Origin: Candidatus Minusculum obligatum
Lineage (GTDB): Bacteria > Patescibacteriota > Minisyncoccia > Phycocordibacterales > Phycocordibacteraceae
Direction: 5' to 3'
Assembly (NCBI GenBank): GCA_045401155.1
Contig: CP174360.1
Location: 233,403 to 297,402, forward strand
Length of the DNA stretch: 64,000 nucleotides
Under the pieces are notes generated by a model. It was not told the DNA's origin and searched no databases. It worked only from the letters and a program-made list of their open reading frames with translations. Below are positions 54,127 to 63,185 of the stretch, in pieces; within the stretch, counting starts at the first letter, position 1; each line of letters opens with the position of its first letter. The position numbers and the translations under genes are program-made.

Positions 54127-55899
54127 TTATTGTTTTGGCGCTAGAAGCCTTCCGTCTCTTTCCTCTCTAAGTTTTTCTACTGCCGCATCAATTGAAAGCG
54201 GGTCAAGTTTTCCAAGATCTCGGTGTTCAAGAATAATTTCATCACTCTCAACCTCCTTGTCTCCGAGCACGATCATGTACGGTACGTACTGTCCTTTAAA
54301 TGCATATAGTCGCTTACCAAGAGATGTGTCTTCTTTGTTTATGTTTGCACGAAGGCCAGCATCCTCAAGCTTTTGTTTTAGCTCCTCTGCTTTCTCATGG
54401 TGCGCCTCAGCTACGGGCACAATTCCAACTTGTACAGGTGAGAGCCATAGAGGGAATTTTCCAGCAAAGTGTTCGATCGCAACTCCAAGGAACCGCTCAA
54501 GAGATCCAGAGATGGCTCGGTGGATCATCACTGGGCGCTTCTTAGACCCATCTTTGTCCGTGTATTCAAGTTCAAATCGTTCTGGAAGGTTGAAATCAAG
54601 CTGTGCAGTTGCAAGCTGCCACTCTCGTCCAATTGCATCTGTTGCAATGAAGTCGATCTTTGGTCCATAGAATGCTGCCTCACCAACACCAATTTCAAAT
54701 GTCTGTCCCACAGCCTCAATACATTCTTTTAGTGTATTAATTGAGCTCTCCCATAGTTTCTCATCTCCAAGGTAGTTCTCTGGTTTCTCAGGATCATTTG
54801 TAGATAGGCGAATACGAAGGGGCATATCAAATACCTCATAGTACTTAGTGATGATATCGTAAATTGCGAGCACCTCATCCTTTACTTGGTCCTCGGTACA
54901 AAATACGTGTGCATCGTCTTGTGTAATGCTTCGTACACGTGTAAGTCCTGCAAGTTGTCCTGTATTCTCGTCTCGATATACGGTTGTTACTTCAGAGTAT
55001 CGAATAGGAAGATCTTTGTACGATCGGGGAGATGAAGCAAAGATCTGCGTGTGGTGCGGACAGTTCATGGGCTTCATGATGAACTCATCACTTGTTTTCT
55101 TGCTTTTTACAAAGAAGATATCATCTGCAAATTTATCGTAGTGGCCGCTTGTTTTGTATAGATCACACTTTGCCATGTGAGGGATATTTACACGCTCATA
55201 CCCATACGGCTTCATGAGGCTCCATACAAAGTCTTCAAGCTCCTTACGCATGATATTTCCTTTAGGGGTGAAAAGGGGGAGTCCGCTTCCCACAAGAGGA
55301 GAAAAGGCGAATAGGTCTAGTTCTTTTCCGATCTTTCGGTGATCCCGCTTCTTTGCCTCTTCTTGCTGCTCCTTGTACTTTTCAAGGTCTTCTTTTGTCT
55401 CAAATGCGATTCCATATACACGGGTAAGCATCTGATTATTCTCATCTGCTTGCCAGTATGCACCAGCAACATTGCTCAGCATGAATGACTCAGGATCAAT
55501 GTCTTTTGAGGATTCTACGTGTGGTCCTTCACAAAGGTCAGTAAAGGTTCCGATTGTATATGTGGTGATCTTTTCTCCTGCAGTATTGATTTTCTCGATC
55601 AACTCAAGTTTGTATGGCTGATCTTTAAATCGCTGCTTTGCGTCATCGTATGAAATCTCATGCATCTCTGGAGTAAATCCTTCTTTAAGGATCTCGCGCA
55701 TAATTTCTTCTAGTTTTGGAAGATCTTCAGGAGAGATAGGGTTTTGAAGCTCTACGTCGTAGTAGAAACCATTATCTGTTGCGGGTCCCGTTCCGAATTT
55801 CGCTGTCTCATCATGTTCTAGAATTGCGCCAGCTAATACGTGGGCAAGTGAGTGTCTGATCTTTAAAAGTTTTTCTTCCATATACTGTGTACTATACAA
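54127..55899 (-). CDS. thrS: Threonine--tRNA ligase (lacking N-terminal TGS domain)
   Basis: 'RHSLAHVLAGAI', class II motifs 'FRDE...GLTRVRSITQDDAHVF', 'HRAISGSLERFLGVAIEH' and the C-terminal anticodon-binding domain. 590 aa; an alternative start is at 55881. Confidence 0.9.
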   Translation of the reverse strand: MYSTQYMEEKLLKIRHSLAHVLAGAILEHDETAKFGTGPATDNGFYYDVELQNPISPEDLPKLEEIMREILKEGFTPEMHEISYDDAKQRFKDQPYKLELIEKINTAGEKITTYTIGTFTDLCEGPHVESSKDIDPESFMLSNVAGAYWQADENNQMLTRVYGIAFETKEDLEKYKEQQEEAKKRDHRKIGKELDLFAFSPLVGSGLPLFTPKGNIMRKELEDFVWSLMKPYGYERVNIPHMAKCDLYKTSGHYDKFADDIFFVKSKKTSDEFIMKPMNCPHHTQIFASSPRSYKDLPIRYSEVTTVYRDENTGQLAGLTRVRSITQDDAHVFCTEDQVKDEVLAIYDIITKYYEVFDMPLRIRLSTNDPEKPENYLGDEKLWESSINTLKECIEAVGQTFEIGVGEAAFYGPKIDFIATDAIGREWQLATAQLDFNLPERFELEYTDKDGSKKRPVMIHRAISGSLERFLGVAIEHFAGKFPLWLSPVQVGIVPVAEAHHEKAEELKQKLEDAGLRANINKEDTSLGKRLYAFKGQYVPYMIVLGDKEVESDEIILEHRDLGKLDPLSIDAAVEKLREERDGRLLAPKQ

Positions 55900-55902
55900 C
55901 GA

Positions 55903-55928
55903 AATGCGGCCTCTGGAGGCCGCATTTC
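55903..55928 (-). terminator. Hairpin (AAATGCGGCCTC-tgga-GGCCGCATTT), putative terminator for the upstream minus-strand small gene / 5' element of thrS
   Basis: A perfect 10-bp GC-rich stem with A/T flanks lies in the 183-bp gap between the gene 56083-56370 (-) and the thrS (-) start. A second GC hairpin sits at 56041-56067. Confidence 0.35.
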
Positions 55929-56082
55929 ATCTTTGAACTACAACCACCAGGGGGCGTCTACACGGTAGTAGTTGTTGTAGTTGTGTTATTCATAATCAAT
56001 ATCTAAAAGGTAGCAGATGGGAGAGGGAAGTCAATAATAAAGGGCGTCGCGGTATGTTGCGGCGCCCCAAAACAGAGGTGCG

Positions 56083-56370
56083 TTAAGCGATTGTTGCCTC
56101 GATTGCCTCGAGGACAATTTCTCGAAATGATTTACTGCCTTTACTCGAGAGTAAAAGCAGGTTTCCACCAAGACTCTCAACGTGTTCTACGAACGTGTCC
56201 CAGTAGAGTTCTGGACCTTTGCAGATCATGTTGATTGCCTTAATGTGGTCCCCGTTTTTTGCCTCCTTAAGGATCGGGGAGAAAAATTGTTGTTTAGCTC
56301 GCCATTCTTCCGAAAATGATTTTAGGAATATGGTGACGGGCTCGAAGGTGATTGAAAACTTTTCAAGCAC
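56083..56370 (-). CDS. Hypothetical protein (95 aa)
   Basis: An ORF with no recognisable motifs, in the same orientation as dnaE and thrS and followed by GC-rich hairpins. Confidence 0.35.
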   Translation of the reverse strand: MLEKFSITFEPVTIFLKSFSEEWRAKQQFFSPILKEAKNGDHIKAINMICKGPELYWDTFVEHVESLGGNLLLLSSKGSKSFREIVLEAIEATIA

Positions 56371-56420
56371 TGTTCCTCTCCCAGTTGCCTGTTTGTAAAG
56401 TAAAACATTTTATAGAAAAG

Positions 56421-59400
56421 TCAAAGAGACTGGAGCTTATCAATGATGATACTTGTTTCTCCATTTCGTCCCGAGAGACTTCCTTTAAGCACAACGCAAG
56501 AAGAAGGGTAGATTATTTCTGCAGATTGTTCGTATACCTTAGGGAATACTACGCACTCAATAGAGCCAGATTTGTCTTGGATTTTTACAAAGGCCATTCG
56601 ATCTCCTTTCTTTGTTAAAAATGGCTTTGCTTCTTCAATCATTCCTGCAATCACGATCGGTAACCCGCTCTTTGGTCCATGTAGGATGTGGTGAATATTT
56701 CTTTTTACCGTTTTTAGTTTCTCTTCAAATTCATCCAGTGGGTGTCCAGATACATAAATTCCAAGCAATTCTTTTTCCCATACAAGTTTTTCTTTAAGTG
56801 GCGCATCTTCTGCAGGAGCAAGATCAAGTCTGTGCGTTGGCATAAGTTCTCCAAAGAGAGAGTCTTGGGATCCTTTCTCATGGCCCGCTTCTTTATGGAA
56901 GGTGATGAGTTGGTCAATATTCTTTAGAAACTCTCCTCGAGTTCCAAGGGAATCAAGCGCTCCAGATTTGATAAGTGACTCCAGTCCTTTACGGTTCAGT
57001 GCACTACTTGTTACGCGAGAGAGGAAGTCTGCAATATTTGTAAACTTTCCGTTTTCTTCACGTTCCTTGATGATTGCTTCTGCCACTCCTGCTCCAAAGT
57101 TTTTAATAGACACAAGTCCAAAGCGGATCTTTGTATTGTTCTCCACGATGGTGAAATCACTATTACTTTCATTGATGTCAGGAGGAAGTACGGGGATTCC
57201 CATGCGCTCACATTCTGCAATAAGTATTGAAATCTTTTCAGTGTCTCCCGCATCAGCAGTTAGAAGGGCTGCCATATACGGCACAGGGTAATTAGCCTTC
57301 ATGTAGGCTGTTTGGTACGCCACACGTCCATAACTTGCGGCGTGTGCTTTGTTGAATCCGTATCCGGCAAATGGGGCAATAAGGTCCCAGATTTGATTTG
57401 CTTTTGCGAGGTCTGTGCCATTATCGACGCATCCTTGAAGGAATTTCTCTTTCTGCTTTTCCATCTCCTCTGGAATTTTCTTACCCATAGCTTTTCGGAG
57501 CTTGTCAGCTTCAAGCCATGAGTATCCTGCGATATTAATCGCAATGAGGAGCACGTCATCCTGATAGGTGATCACACCGTGAGATGCTTCGAGAATATCT
57601 TTCATTTTCTCATGCATATAACTCACTTTCTTTGGATTGTGTTTTCGCTCAATATATTCAGGAATAGAGTCCATCGGTCCAGGACGATACAGCGCCACCA
57701 TCGCGTTGATGTCATTAATGTTTGTGGGCTTTAGTTCCTTGAGGAATCTAGTCATTCCAGAACCATTAAGCTGAAAGAGTCCTTCTGTTTGTCCTGAGGC
57801 AAGGAGCTTAAAGGTGATTGGGTCATCTACCGGAACATTTTCAATATCAATTTCATCTCCTGTTTCTTCTTTAGCGCGCGCCACGGCATCAGCCAAAATC
57901 GCAAGGTTTTTAATACCAAGGAAGTCAAACTTAATAAGGCCCGCATCTTCTACGGCATGCATGTCGTACTGCGTGATAAGTTTTCCTCCCTTCGGGTCGT
58001 GCTGGATTGGTGTCCATTCATGAAGTGGAGAAGGGGAGATCACCACCCCGGCGGCGTGCACTCCAGTTTGCCTAGCGCATCCTTCAACTTTCTTAGCAAG
58101 ATCAATGATTTCCTTTGCATCTTCATCCCCTTTATAGAGTTTTTTAAGATCAGGCTCAATTTGAAGTGCTCGTTCGATTGTCATGGGGAATCCCTGGCTT
58201 CCCATAGGAATAAGTTTTGCAATCTTATCTCCAACCATGTAGGCGTGTCCGAGTGCTCGAGCAGTATCTCTGACCGCGGCACGGGCTGCCATGGTTCCAA
58301 ATGTACCAATCTGCGCTACGTGGTCTTCACCATACTTTTCTCGAGCATAGTTAATAACCTCATCACGACGGTTATCAGCAAAGTCCATATCGATATCAGG
58401 AGCAGAAGGTCGCTCAGGGTTTAGGAATCGTTCAAAAGGTAGTCGGTATTCAAGTGGATCCACATTTGTAATACCAAGCACATAGGTTGTAAGAGACCCA
58501 GCAACAGATCCTCGAATGGTTGTAAGGATTTTATTTTCTCTAGCAAAACGAAGGAGGTCCGCCACAATAAGGAAATATGGAGCAAATTTCTTTTGCTCAA
58601 TAATATCTAGTTCGTAGTTTAGACGATCTACGACCTCTTTAGTTTCTTCAAGGCCCCGATTTTTAATACCCTCAAAGGCAAGTCGCCTAAGCTCATCTTG
58701 GTACTCTAGGCCGCTTGGTACCTCAATGTCAGGGAACACCCATTTCCCAAGATCAAATGAAAGATCTATTTTATCTGCAATCTTTTTAGAGTTTTCAATT
58801 GCTTCTGGAAGATCCTTAAATGCTTTTTCAATATCTTTTGGCTTTTTAAATGAAAGGTCTAGGTTTCCAGCAGCTTTTGCATGTCGTCCTTCGCGGATAC
58901 GCATCAGCACTTCTCGCGCTTCTTTATCTTCAGGTTTGATGTAGTACACCTCTTGGTTCGCAACAAGGGGTACATTTTCTTTTTCTGAAAGAGTTACGAT
59001 CTTTTCATTTAACGCTTTACGATCTTTATTTTCTGGGTGATCAGTGATTTCAAGATATAGATCGTCTTTGTATATATCTTTATAGGTAGCAAGGAGTGCT
59101 GAGGCACCCTCGATGTCATTTTGAAGGAGTAGGTTAGAAGTTTCGCTTTGGTACGCTGGAAGAATCGCAATTACTCCTTCGCTGTGGTTGGTAAGAAGTT
59201 CTAGATCTACACGTGGCCGCTCCCAAAAGCCAGTAAGGTATGAGTCTGAGACAATTGCAAGAAGGTTTTTATATCCTTTTTCATTCTTTGCAAGAAGGAT
59301 AATTCGAGCCAGATCATGCTCTCTGTCATGCGGGTCAGTTCTATTACCTGGAGCAACGTATGTGTGTACACCAAGAATGGGTTTAATTTCTTGTTTCTCA

Positions 59401-59564
59401 CACTCTTTATAAAAGGCGATAGCGCCGTGTAAGTTTCCGGCATCAGTAAGTGCGATTGCGGGCAATTCGTGCTTTTTTGCCTCTGCTACAAGCTCTTTTA
59501 TCTTTGGGAGTGCCCGAAGGAAGCTGTAGTGGCTGTGAGTGTTTATTTGCACATAATTGCTCAT
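56421..59564 (-). CDS. dnaE: DNA polymerase III alpha subunit
   Basis: 'MSNYVQINTHSHYSFL' is the PHP domain start. 'GSVAGSLTTYVLGITNVDPL', 'PDIDMDF' and 'GLFQLNGSGM' mark the polymerase core, and a C-terminal OB region is present. The start is taken at ATG 59564. Confidence 0.93.
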   Translation of the reverse strand: MSNYVQINTHSHYSFLRALPKIKELVAEAKKHELPAIALTDAGNLHGAIAFYKECEKQEIKPILGVHTYVAPGNRTDPHDREHDLARIILLAKNEKGYKNLLAIVSDSYLTGFWERPRVDLELLTNHSEGVIAILPAYQSETSNLLLQNDIEGASALLATYKDIYKDDLYLEITDHPENKDRKALNEKIVTLSEKENVPLVANQEVYYIKPEDKEAREVLMRIREGRHAKAAGNLDLSFKKPKDIEKAFKDLPEAIENSKKIADKIDLSFDLGKWVFPDIEVPSGLEYQDELRRLAFEGIKNRGLEETKEVVDRLNYELDIIEQKKFAPYFLIVADLLRFARENKILTTIRGSVAGSLTTYVLGITNVDPLEYRLPFERFLNPERPSAPDIDMDFADNRRDEVINYAREKYGEDHVAQIGTFGTMAARAAVRDTARALGHAYMVGDKIAKLIPMGSQGFPMTIERALQIEPDLKKLYKGDEDAKEIIDLAKKVEGCARQTGVHAAGVVISPSPLHEWTPIQHDPKGGKLITQYDMHAVEDAGLIKFDFLGIKNLAILADAVARAKEETGDEIDIENVPVDDPITFKLLASGQTEGLFQLNGSGMTRFLKELKPTNINDINAMVALYRPGPMDSIPEYIERKHNPKKVSYMHEKMKDILEASHGVITYQDDVLLIAINIAGYSWLEADKLRKAMGKKIPEEMEKQKEKFLQGCVDNGTDLAKANQIWDLIAPFAGYGFNKAHAASYGRVAYQTAYMKANYPVPYMAALLTADAGDTEKISILIAECERMGIPVLPPDINESNSDFTIVENNTKIRFGLVSIKNFGAGVAEAIIKEREENGKFTNIADFLSRVTSSALNRKGLESLIKSGALDSLGTRGEFLKNIDQLITFHKEAGHEKGSQDSLFGELMPTHRLDLAPAEDAPLKEKLVWEKELLGIYVSGHPLDEFEEKLKTVKRNIHHILHGPKSGLPIVIAGMIEEAKPFLTKKGDRMAFVKIQDKSGSIECVVFPKVYEQSAEIIYPSSCVVLKGSLSGRNGETSIIIDKLQSL

Positions 59565-59607
59565 ATTGGAGCTAGTATACCAAATCAAGATGGTATAGTT
59601 ATTTTAT

Positions 59608-60117
59608 ATGAAACGAGGATTTACCCTGATTGAGCTTCTTGTAGTGGTTGCCATTATTGGAATGCTTTCATCTGTGGTGTTGTCATCTCTAAACCAGGCT
59701 CGTTCTGGTGCTCGAGATGCACGCCGCGCGCAAGATATTAAGCAGTTCCAGGCTGCGCTAGAGCTTTACTATAATGACAATAATTCTTATCCAGTATCTG
59801 GATGGGCACACAGTAGCGGAGGTACAAACTGGACAAATCTACAAACGGCTTTGTCTTCATACATCACATCTCTTCCAACAGATCCGATTAATACAGCAGG
59901 TGGTGCAGGGTATAATAACGATCAATATGTGTATTCATACTATGCATCAGGGTATGGAGGATCGGGACAGTGGTACATGATTATCTGGGAGCTTGAGAAC
60001 TCAAATCAGGCATTTGAGGGTACCGATGGAGTAACTGCATGTAATGGACAAGTATTCCATTATGGTAGTGGAACAGATGGTCGTGTTAGCACCGGTGGAA
60101 CCTGTGCAGGTCAGTAA
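59608..60117 (+). CDS. Type IV pilin-like protein (prepilin-type N-terminal domain)
   Basis: 'MKRG|FTLIELLVVVAIIGMLSSVVLSSLNQARSGARDARR'. Confidence 0.85.
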   Translation: MKRGFTLIELLVVVAIIGMLSSVVLSSLNQARSGARDARRAQDIKQFQAALELYYNDNNSYPVSGWAHSSGGTNWTNLQTALSSYITSLPTDPINTAGGAGYNNDQYVYSYYASGYGGSGQWYMIIWELENSNQAFEGTDGVTACNGQVFHYGSGTDGRVSTGGTCAGQ

Positions 60118-60128
60118 TGTAAATAATT

Positions 60129-60368
60129 ATGGATAACAACGTTCAATTTCAAGATCAACAAAATCAATACACAGTCTCTAAGAAAAAGGGGCTGACACAA
60201 ATGGTGATTAATATGGGGCTTGCAAAAGATGCAAAAGGGGCACAAATGGTGCTTCTCGTGGTTGCGGTTGTTGCAGTTCTTATCGCTGGATTCTTTATGT
60301 TCACTGGAAATTCTGTCGGAGACGGGCAGCCAAATGTGCTTCCTGAAGGACAGTTTATTCCAGAATAA
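60129..60368 (+). CDS. Small single-TM protein, pilin-associated family (paralog of 34803-35030)
   Basis: 'MDNNVQFQDQQNQYTVSKKKGLTQMVINMGLAKDAKGAQMVLLVVAVVAVLIAGFFMF'. Its stop overlaps the start of the next pilin gene. Confidence 0.55.
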   Translation: MDNNVQFQDQQNQYTVSKKKGLTQMVINMGLAKDAKGAQMVLLVVAVVAVLIAGFFMFTGNSVGDGQPNVLPEGQFIPE

Positions 60369-60823
60369 TGAAGAAAGGGTTTACATTGATTGAGCTTCTT
60401 GTAGTGGTTGCCATTATCGGCATGCTGTCTTCAGTGGTATTAAGTTCTCTTAATACAGCGCGAGCTGGTGCTCGAGATGCAAGGCGTCAGCAAGACATAA
60501 AGCAGATTCAGACGGCTCTTGAGCTTTACTACAATGTAAACAATGCATACCCGCTTGAGGTTGGGTGTGACACAAGTAAAGGGAGCGGTTCAAGTGGCTG
60601 CAATAGTTCAGGAACGGATTGGGATGAAAGTAGCTATATTCATAGCGGTCTTGTGCCGGGCTTCATTGCTGATCTTCCTGTTGACCCCATAAACGACAGC
60701 ACCTATTACTACAACTATGAGCCGGGAAATCCCGCAGGGCAAAACTATTGCATCGGTGCAACTCTTGAGGGGGGAGGACGTTTCCGTGTATATGATGGAA
60801 CTCCATCGTATACTAACTGTTAA
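60368..60823 (+). CDS. Type IV pilin-like protein (prepilin-type N-terminal domain)
   Basis: 'MKKG|FTLIELLVVVAIIGMLSSVVLSSLNTARAGARDARR'. Confidence 0.85.
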   Translation: MKKGFTLIELLVVVAIIGMLSSVVLSSLNTARAGARDARRQQDIKQIQTALELYYNVNNAYPLEVGCDTSKGSGSSGCNSSGTDWDESSYIHSGLVPGFIADLPVDPINDSTYYYNYEPGNPAGQNYCIGATLEGGGRFRVYDGTPSYTNC

Positions 60824-61389
60824 TGTACGTTGCGGGTGTAGATGAAGTAGGAAGGGGGCCACTTGCTGGTCCTGTTTCTATAGGGGTTGCGTGGTGTAAG
60901 GAGGATGTGGATCTGATGAAGCTTTTTCCGTTTTTAAATGATTCAAAAAAGGTTACAGAAAAGAGAAGGGAGGAAATATATGAAGCGGTAAAGAAATGTG
61001 ATGACATTTCATTTGTGGTGGTGAGCTCATCAAATAAAGTGATAGATGAAAAGGGAATTAGTTTTGCAATTGAAGATGCAATAGAAAGAGGGTGTAAGGA
61101 TCTACCAGAAGATGTGTTTGTGTATCTAGACGGAAGGCTTTCTGCTCCAGAGAAATTTAAACAAAAAAGTGTAATAGGAGGAGATGGAAGTGTTCCAATT
61201 ATTTCTCTTGCTTCTATCGTCGCAAAAGTAGAGCGAGATAAGTATATGGAGAAAATAGGAGAAGATTACCCAGAGTATGGACTGGGGAAGCATAAGGGGT
61301 ATGGAACAAAGGTGCATAGGGAGGCGATTGTTGAGTTTGGGCTATCTGAAATACATAGGGAGAGTTTTTGTAAGAATTTGACCAAATAA
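60823..61389 (+). CDS. rnhB: Ribonuclease HII
   Basis: 'VAGVDEVGRGPLAGPV' is the DEDD site 1, and 'DSKK' and 'GYGT' are present. It overlaps the pilin stop (TAATG). Confidence 0.9.
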   Translation: MYVAGVDEVGRGPLAGPVSIGVAWCKEDVDLMKLFPFLNDSKKVTEKRREEIYEAVKKCDDISFVVVSSSNKVIDEKGISFAIEDAIERGCKDLPEDVFVYLDGRLSAPEKFKQKSVIGGDGSVPIISLASIVAKVERDKYMEKIGEDYPEYGLGKHKGYGTKVHREAIVEFGLSEIHRESFCKNLTK

Positions 61390-61429
61390 ATTTTTCATTG
61401 TACTTTTTTCTTAGAAAGAGAGGTGAGCT

Positions 61430-61624
61430 ATGGAATTTCCACTTATTATATGGCTCTTTGGTGGAGCAATTTTTGTCGGACTGTTTGGGGTTATAGCGGT
61501 CAGCATTCGAGAGTTTGCAGATCGACCGTCTATGCCGCCTGTTCGATTCTGGGGCCTTACTTTGGCGTCCATCGCATTCGTGCTTTTGGGAGCTTTTGGT
61601 CTCTATCTTGAACTTTCTCACTAG
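61430..61624 (+). CDS. Hypothetical small membrane protein (2 TM)
   Basis: 64 aa with two hydrophobic helices. A GAGGTGAG lies 8 nt upstream. Confidence 0.35.
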   Translation: MEFPLIIWLFGGAIFVGLFGVIAVSIREFADRPSMPPVRFWGLTLASIAFVLLGAFGLYLELSH

Positions 61625-61635
61625 AGGAGGAGAAC

Positions 61636-61824
61636 ATGGACATTTTTTGGTTTGGTTTCGGCATGTTGATATTTGGCATCATTGTTGGCGGAATCGTTCC
61701 TGAGTATGTGAAAGATGAAGTGGTGCCGAGAGTATTTTTCTATATAATCGGTGTCGTGTTCATCATTGTTGGGGCGCTCATGGCCATCTCAGGCGCCGTT
61801 CAAGATATACCCGCTGCTATGTAG
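61636..61824 (+). CDS. Hypothetical small membrane protein (2 TM)
   Basis: 62 aa with two hydrophobic helices. A GGAGGAG lies 5 nt upstream. It is adjacent to and similar in layout to 61430-61624. Confidence 0.35.
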   Translation: MDIFWFGFGMLIFGIIVGGIVPEYVKDEVVPRVFFYIIGVVFIIVGALMAISGAVQDIPAAM

Positions 61825-61874
61825 CGGGTATTCTCTTGCCTTTTTTCTTGTATTTAGTATAGTGTTGGCCACAT

Positions 61875-62234
61875 ATGAGTTCACGAATGCGAATCACAAA
61901 AGGAAAGACGGGAAGCCGTCGATCTCACCACGGGCTTTCTGCACCGCGGCTTTCGCATGACAAGGAAACAGATTCTACACACAAGCGACATCATGTAGAT
62001 CTTGAGACAGGAATGTATCGAGGAAAGAAGATTTTTGAACCTAAAGTAAAAGTAGCTGCACCAGTAGCAGAAGAAAAAGAGGAGAAAGAAAATGTAGTTG
62101 AGGAAGTGGTAGAAGAAGTAAAGGAGACTGCAGAGGAAGTGAAGGAAAAAGTAGAGGAGATCGGAGAGGAAATCAAAGAAGAGATCGAAGAGGTGGTAGA
62201 GGCAGTCACTGAAGAGAAAAAAGAAGAGAAGTAA
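61875..62234 (+). CDS. rpmF: 50S ribosomal protein L32 with long Glu/Lys-rich C-terminal extension
   Basis: 'RITKGKTGSRRSHHGLSAPRLSHDKETDSTHKRHHVDLETGMYRGKKI' matches the bL32 core (RRSH.AL.AP.LS.....G..H..HH....G.YRG.K.). The start may be ATG 61887. The roughly 60-aa EEVKE-type tail is unusual. Confidence 0.65.
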   Translation: MSSRMRITKGKTGSRRSHHGLSAPRLSHDKETDSTHKRHHVDLETGMYRGKKIFEPKVKVAAPVAEEKEEKENVVEEVVEEVKETAEEVKEKVEEIGEEIKEEIEEVVEAVTEEKKEEK

Positions 62235-62300
62235 TCAACAACATCCCGCAGTACATGCGGGATTTTGTGTGGTACTTTTTATGTATACGTTCTTTGTATG

Positions 62301-63185
62301 GCAAACCGACACCTTGCACGAAGTATAGTGTTACAGACACTCTTTGAGTGGGACTCTGCTGAAGCAGGGAAGATTGATGTTGCCGATGCATTGACTCGAA
62401 ATATAGAAGAGTTTGCTCCAGACTCTAAAGATCACGCCTTTATGGAAGGGCTTCTAGATGGTGTGCTTGCAAAGCAAAAGGACATTGATCTTATTATTGA
62501 AAAAGCTGCACCGGATTGGCCGCTTGAGAAAATTTCTACGGTAGATAGAAATATTTTACGTATTGGATTGTTTGAGCTGTTGTTTGCAGATCGAGAGCAG
62601 GTTCCTGCAAAAGTGGCAATTAACGAAGCAATTGAGCTTGCTAAAACATTTGGAGGAGAGAGTAGTGGACGTTTTGTAAATGGAGTATTGGGAGCGGTAT
62701 ATAAAGAGATTGGAGAGCCAGGGAAAAATGATACTGGAAAGAAGAATAAAAAAGATATTCCAGTAGAGAAATATGGTGGAGCAGTAGTCTATGCCATTGA
62801 TGATGGGCAGACGTACCTTGCGCTTGTGCATGATATCTTCGGGCACTGGACGTTATCTAAAGGGCATATTGAAGAAGATCCTTCTGTTGAAGCTGGCATT
62901 AAGCGCGTAATTAAAGATGAGCTTGATCTTGATGTCGAGGTAGAGGAAAAGGTTGGAGAAAATGATTATGTTGCAAGTCATCCTGAAAAAGGAAAGATAA
63001 AAAAGGTTGGAATTTATCATTTGGCACGGGCTGATTTTGCTCCACTGACACTAAAAAAATCAGGAGGACTAGATGACGCAAAGTGGTTTAAATTGCAAGA
63101 CATACTTGAGCTCAATTTCTATCGTGATATGCTCCCTGTAGTTACCGAGGCGGTACAGACTCTGGCAGCTAAGAAAGATTCATGA
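62301..63185 (+). CDS. nusB: Transcription antitermination factor NusB fused to a C-terminal Nudix-like domain
   Basis: Residues 1-140 are a NusB fold ('ARSIVLQTLFEWD', 'RNILRIGLFELLF', 'AINEAIELAKTFGGESSGRFVNGVLG'). The C-terminal ~150 aa ('GAVVYAIDDGQTYLALVHDIFGHWTLSKGHIEEDPSVEAGIKRVIKDELDL...') has a Nudix-fold layout with a degenerate box (REx2EE replaced by RVx2DE). The start is taken at ATG 62301. Confidence 0.75.
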   Translation, partial: ANRHLARSIVLQTLFEWDSAEAGKIDVADALTRNIEEFAPDSKDHAFMEGLLDGVLAKQKDIDLIIEKAAPDWPLEKISTVDRNILRIGLFELLFADREQVPAKVAINEAIELAKTFGGESSGRFVNGVLGAVYKEIGEPGKNDTGKKNKKDIPVEKYGGAVVYAIDDGQTYLALVHDIFGHWTLSKGHIEEDPSVEAGIKRVIKDELDLDVEVEEKVGENDYVASHPEKGKIKKVGIYHLARADFAPLTLKKSGGLDDAKWFKLQDILELNFYRDMLPVVTEAVQTLAAKKDS

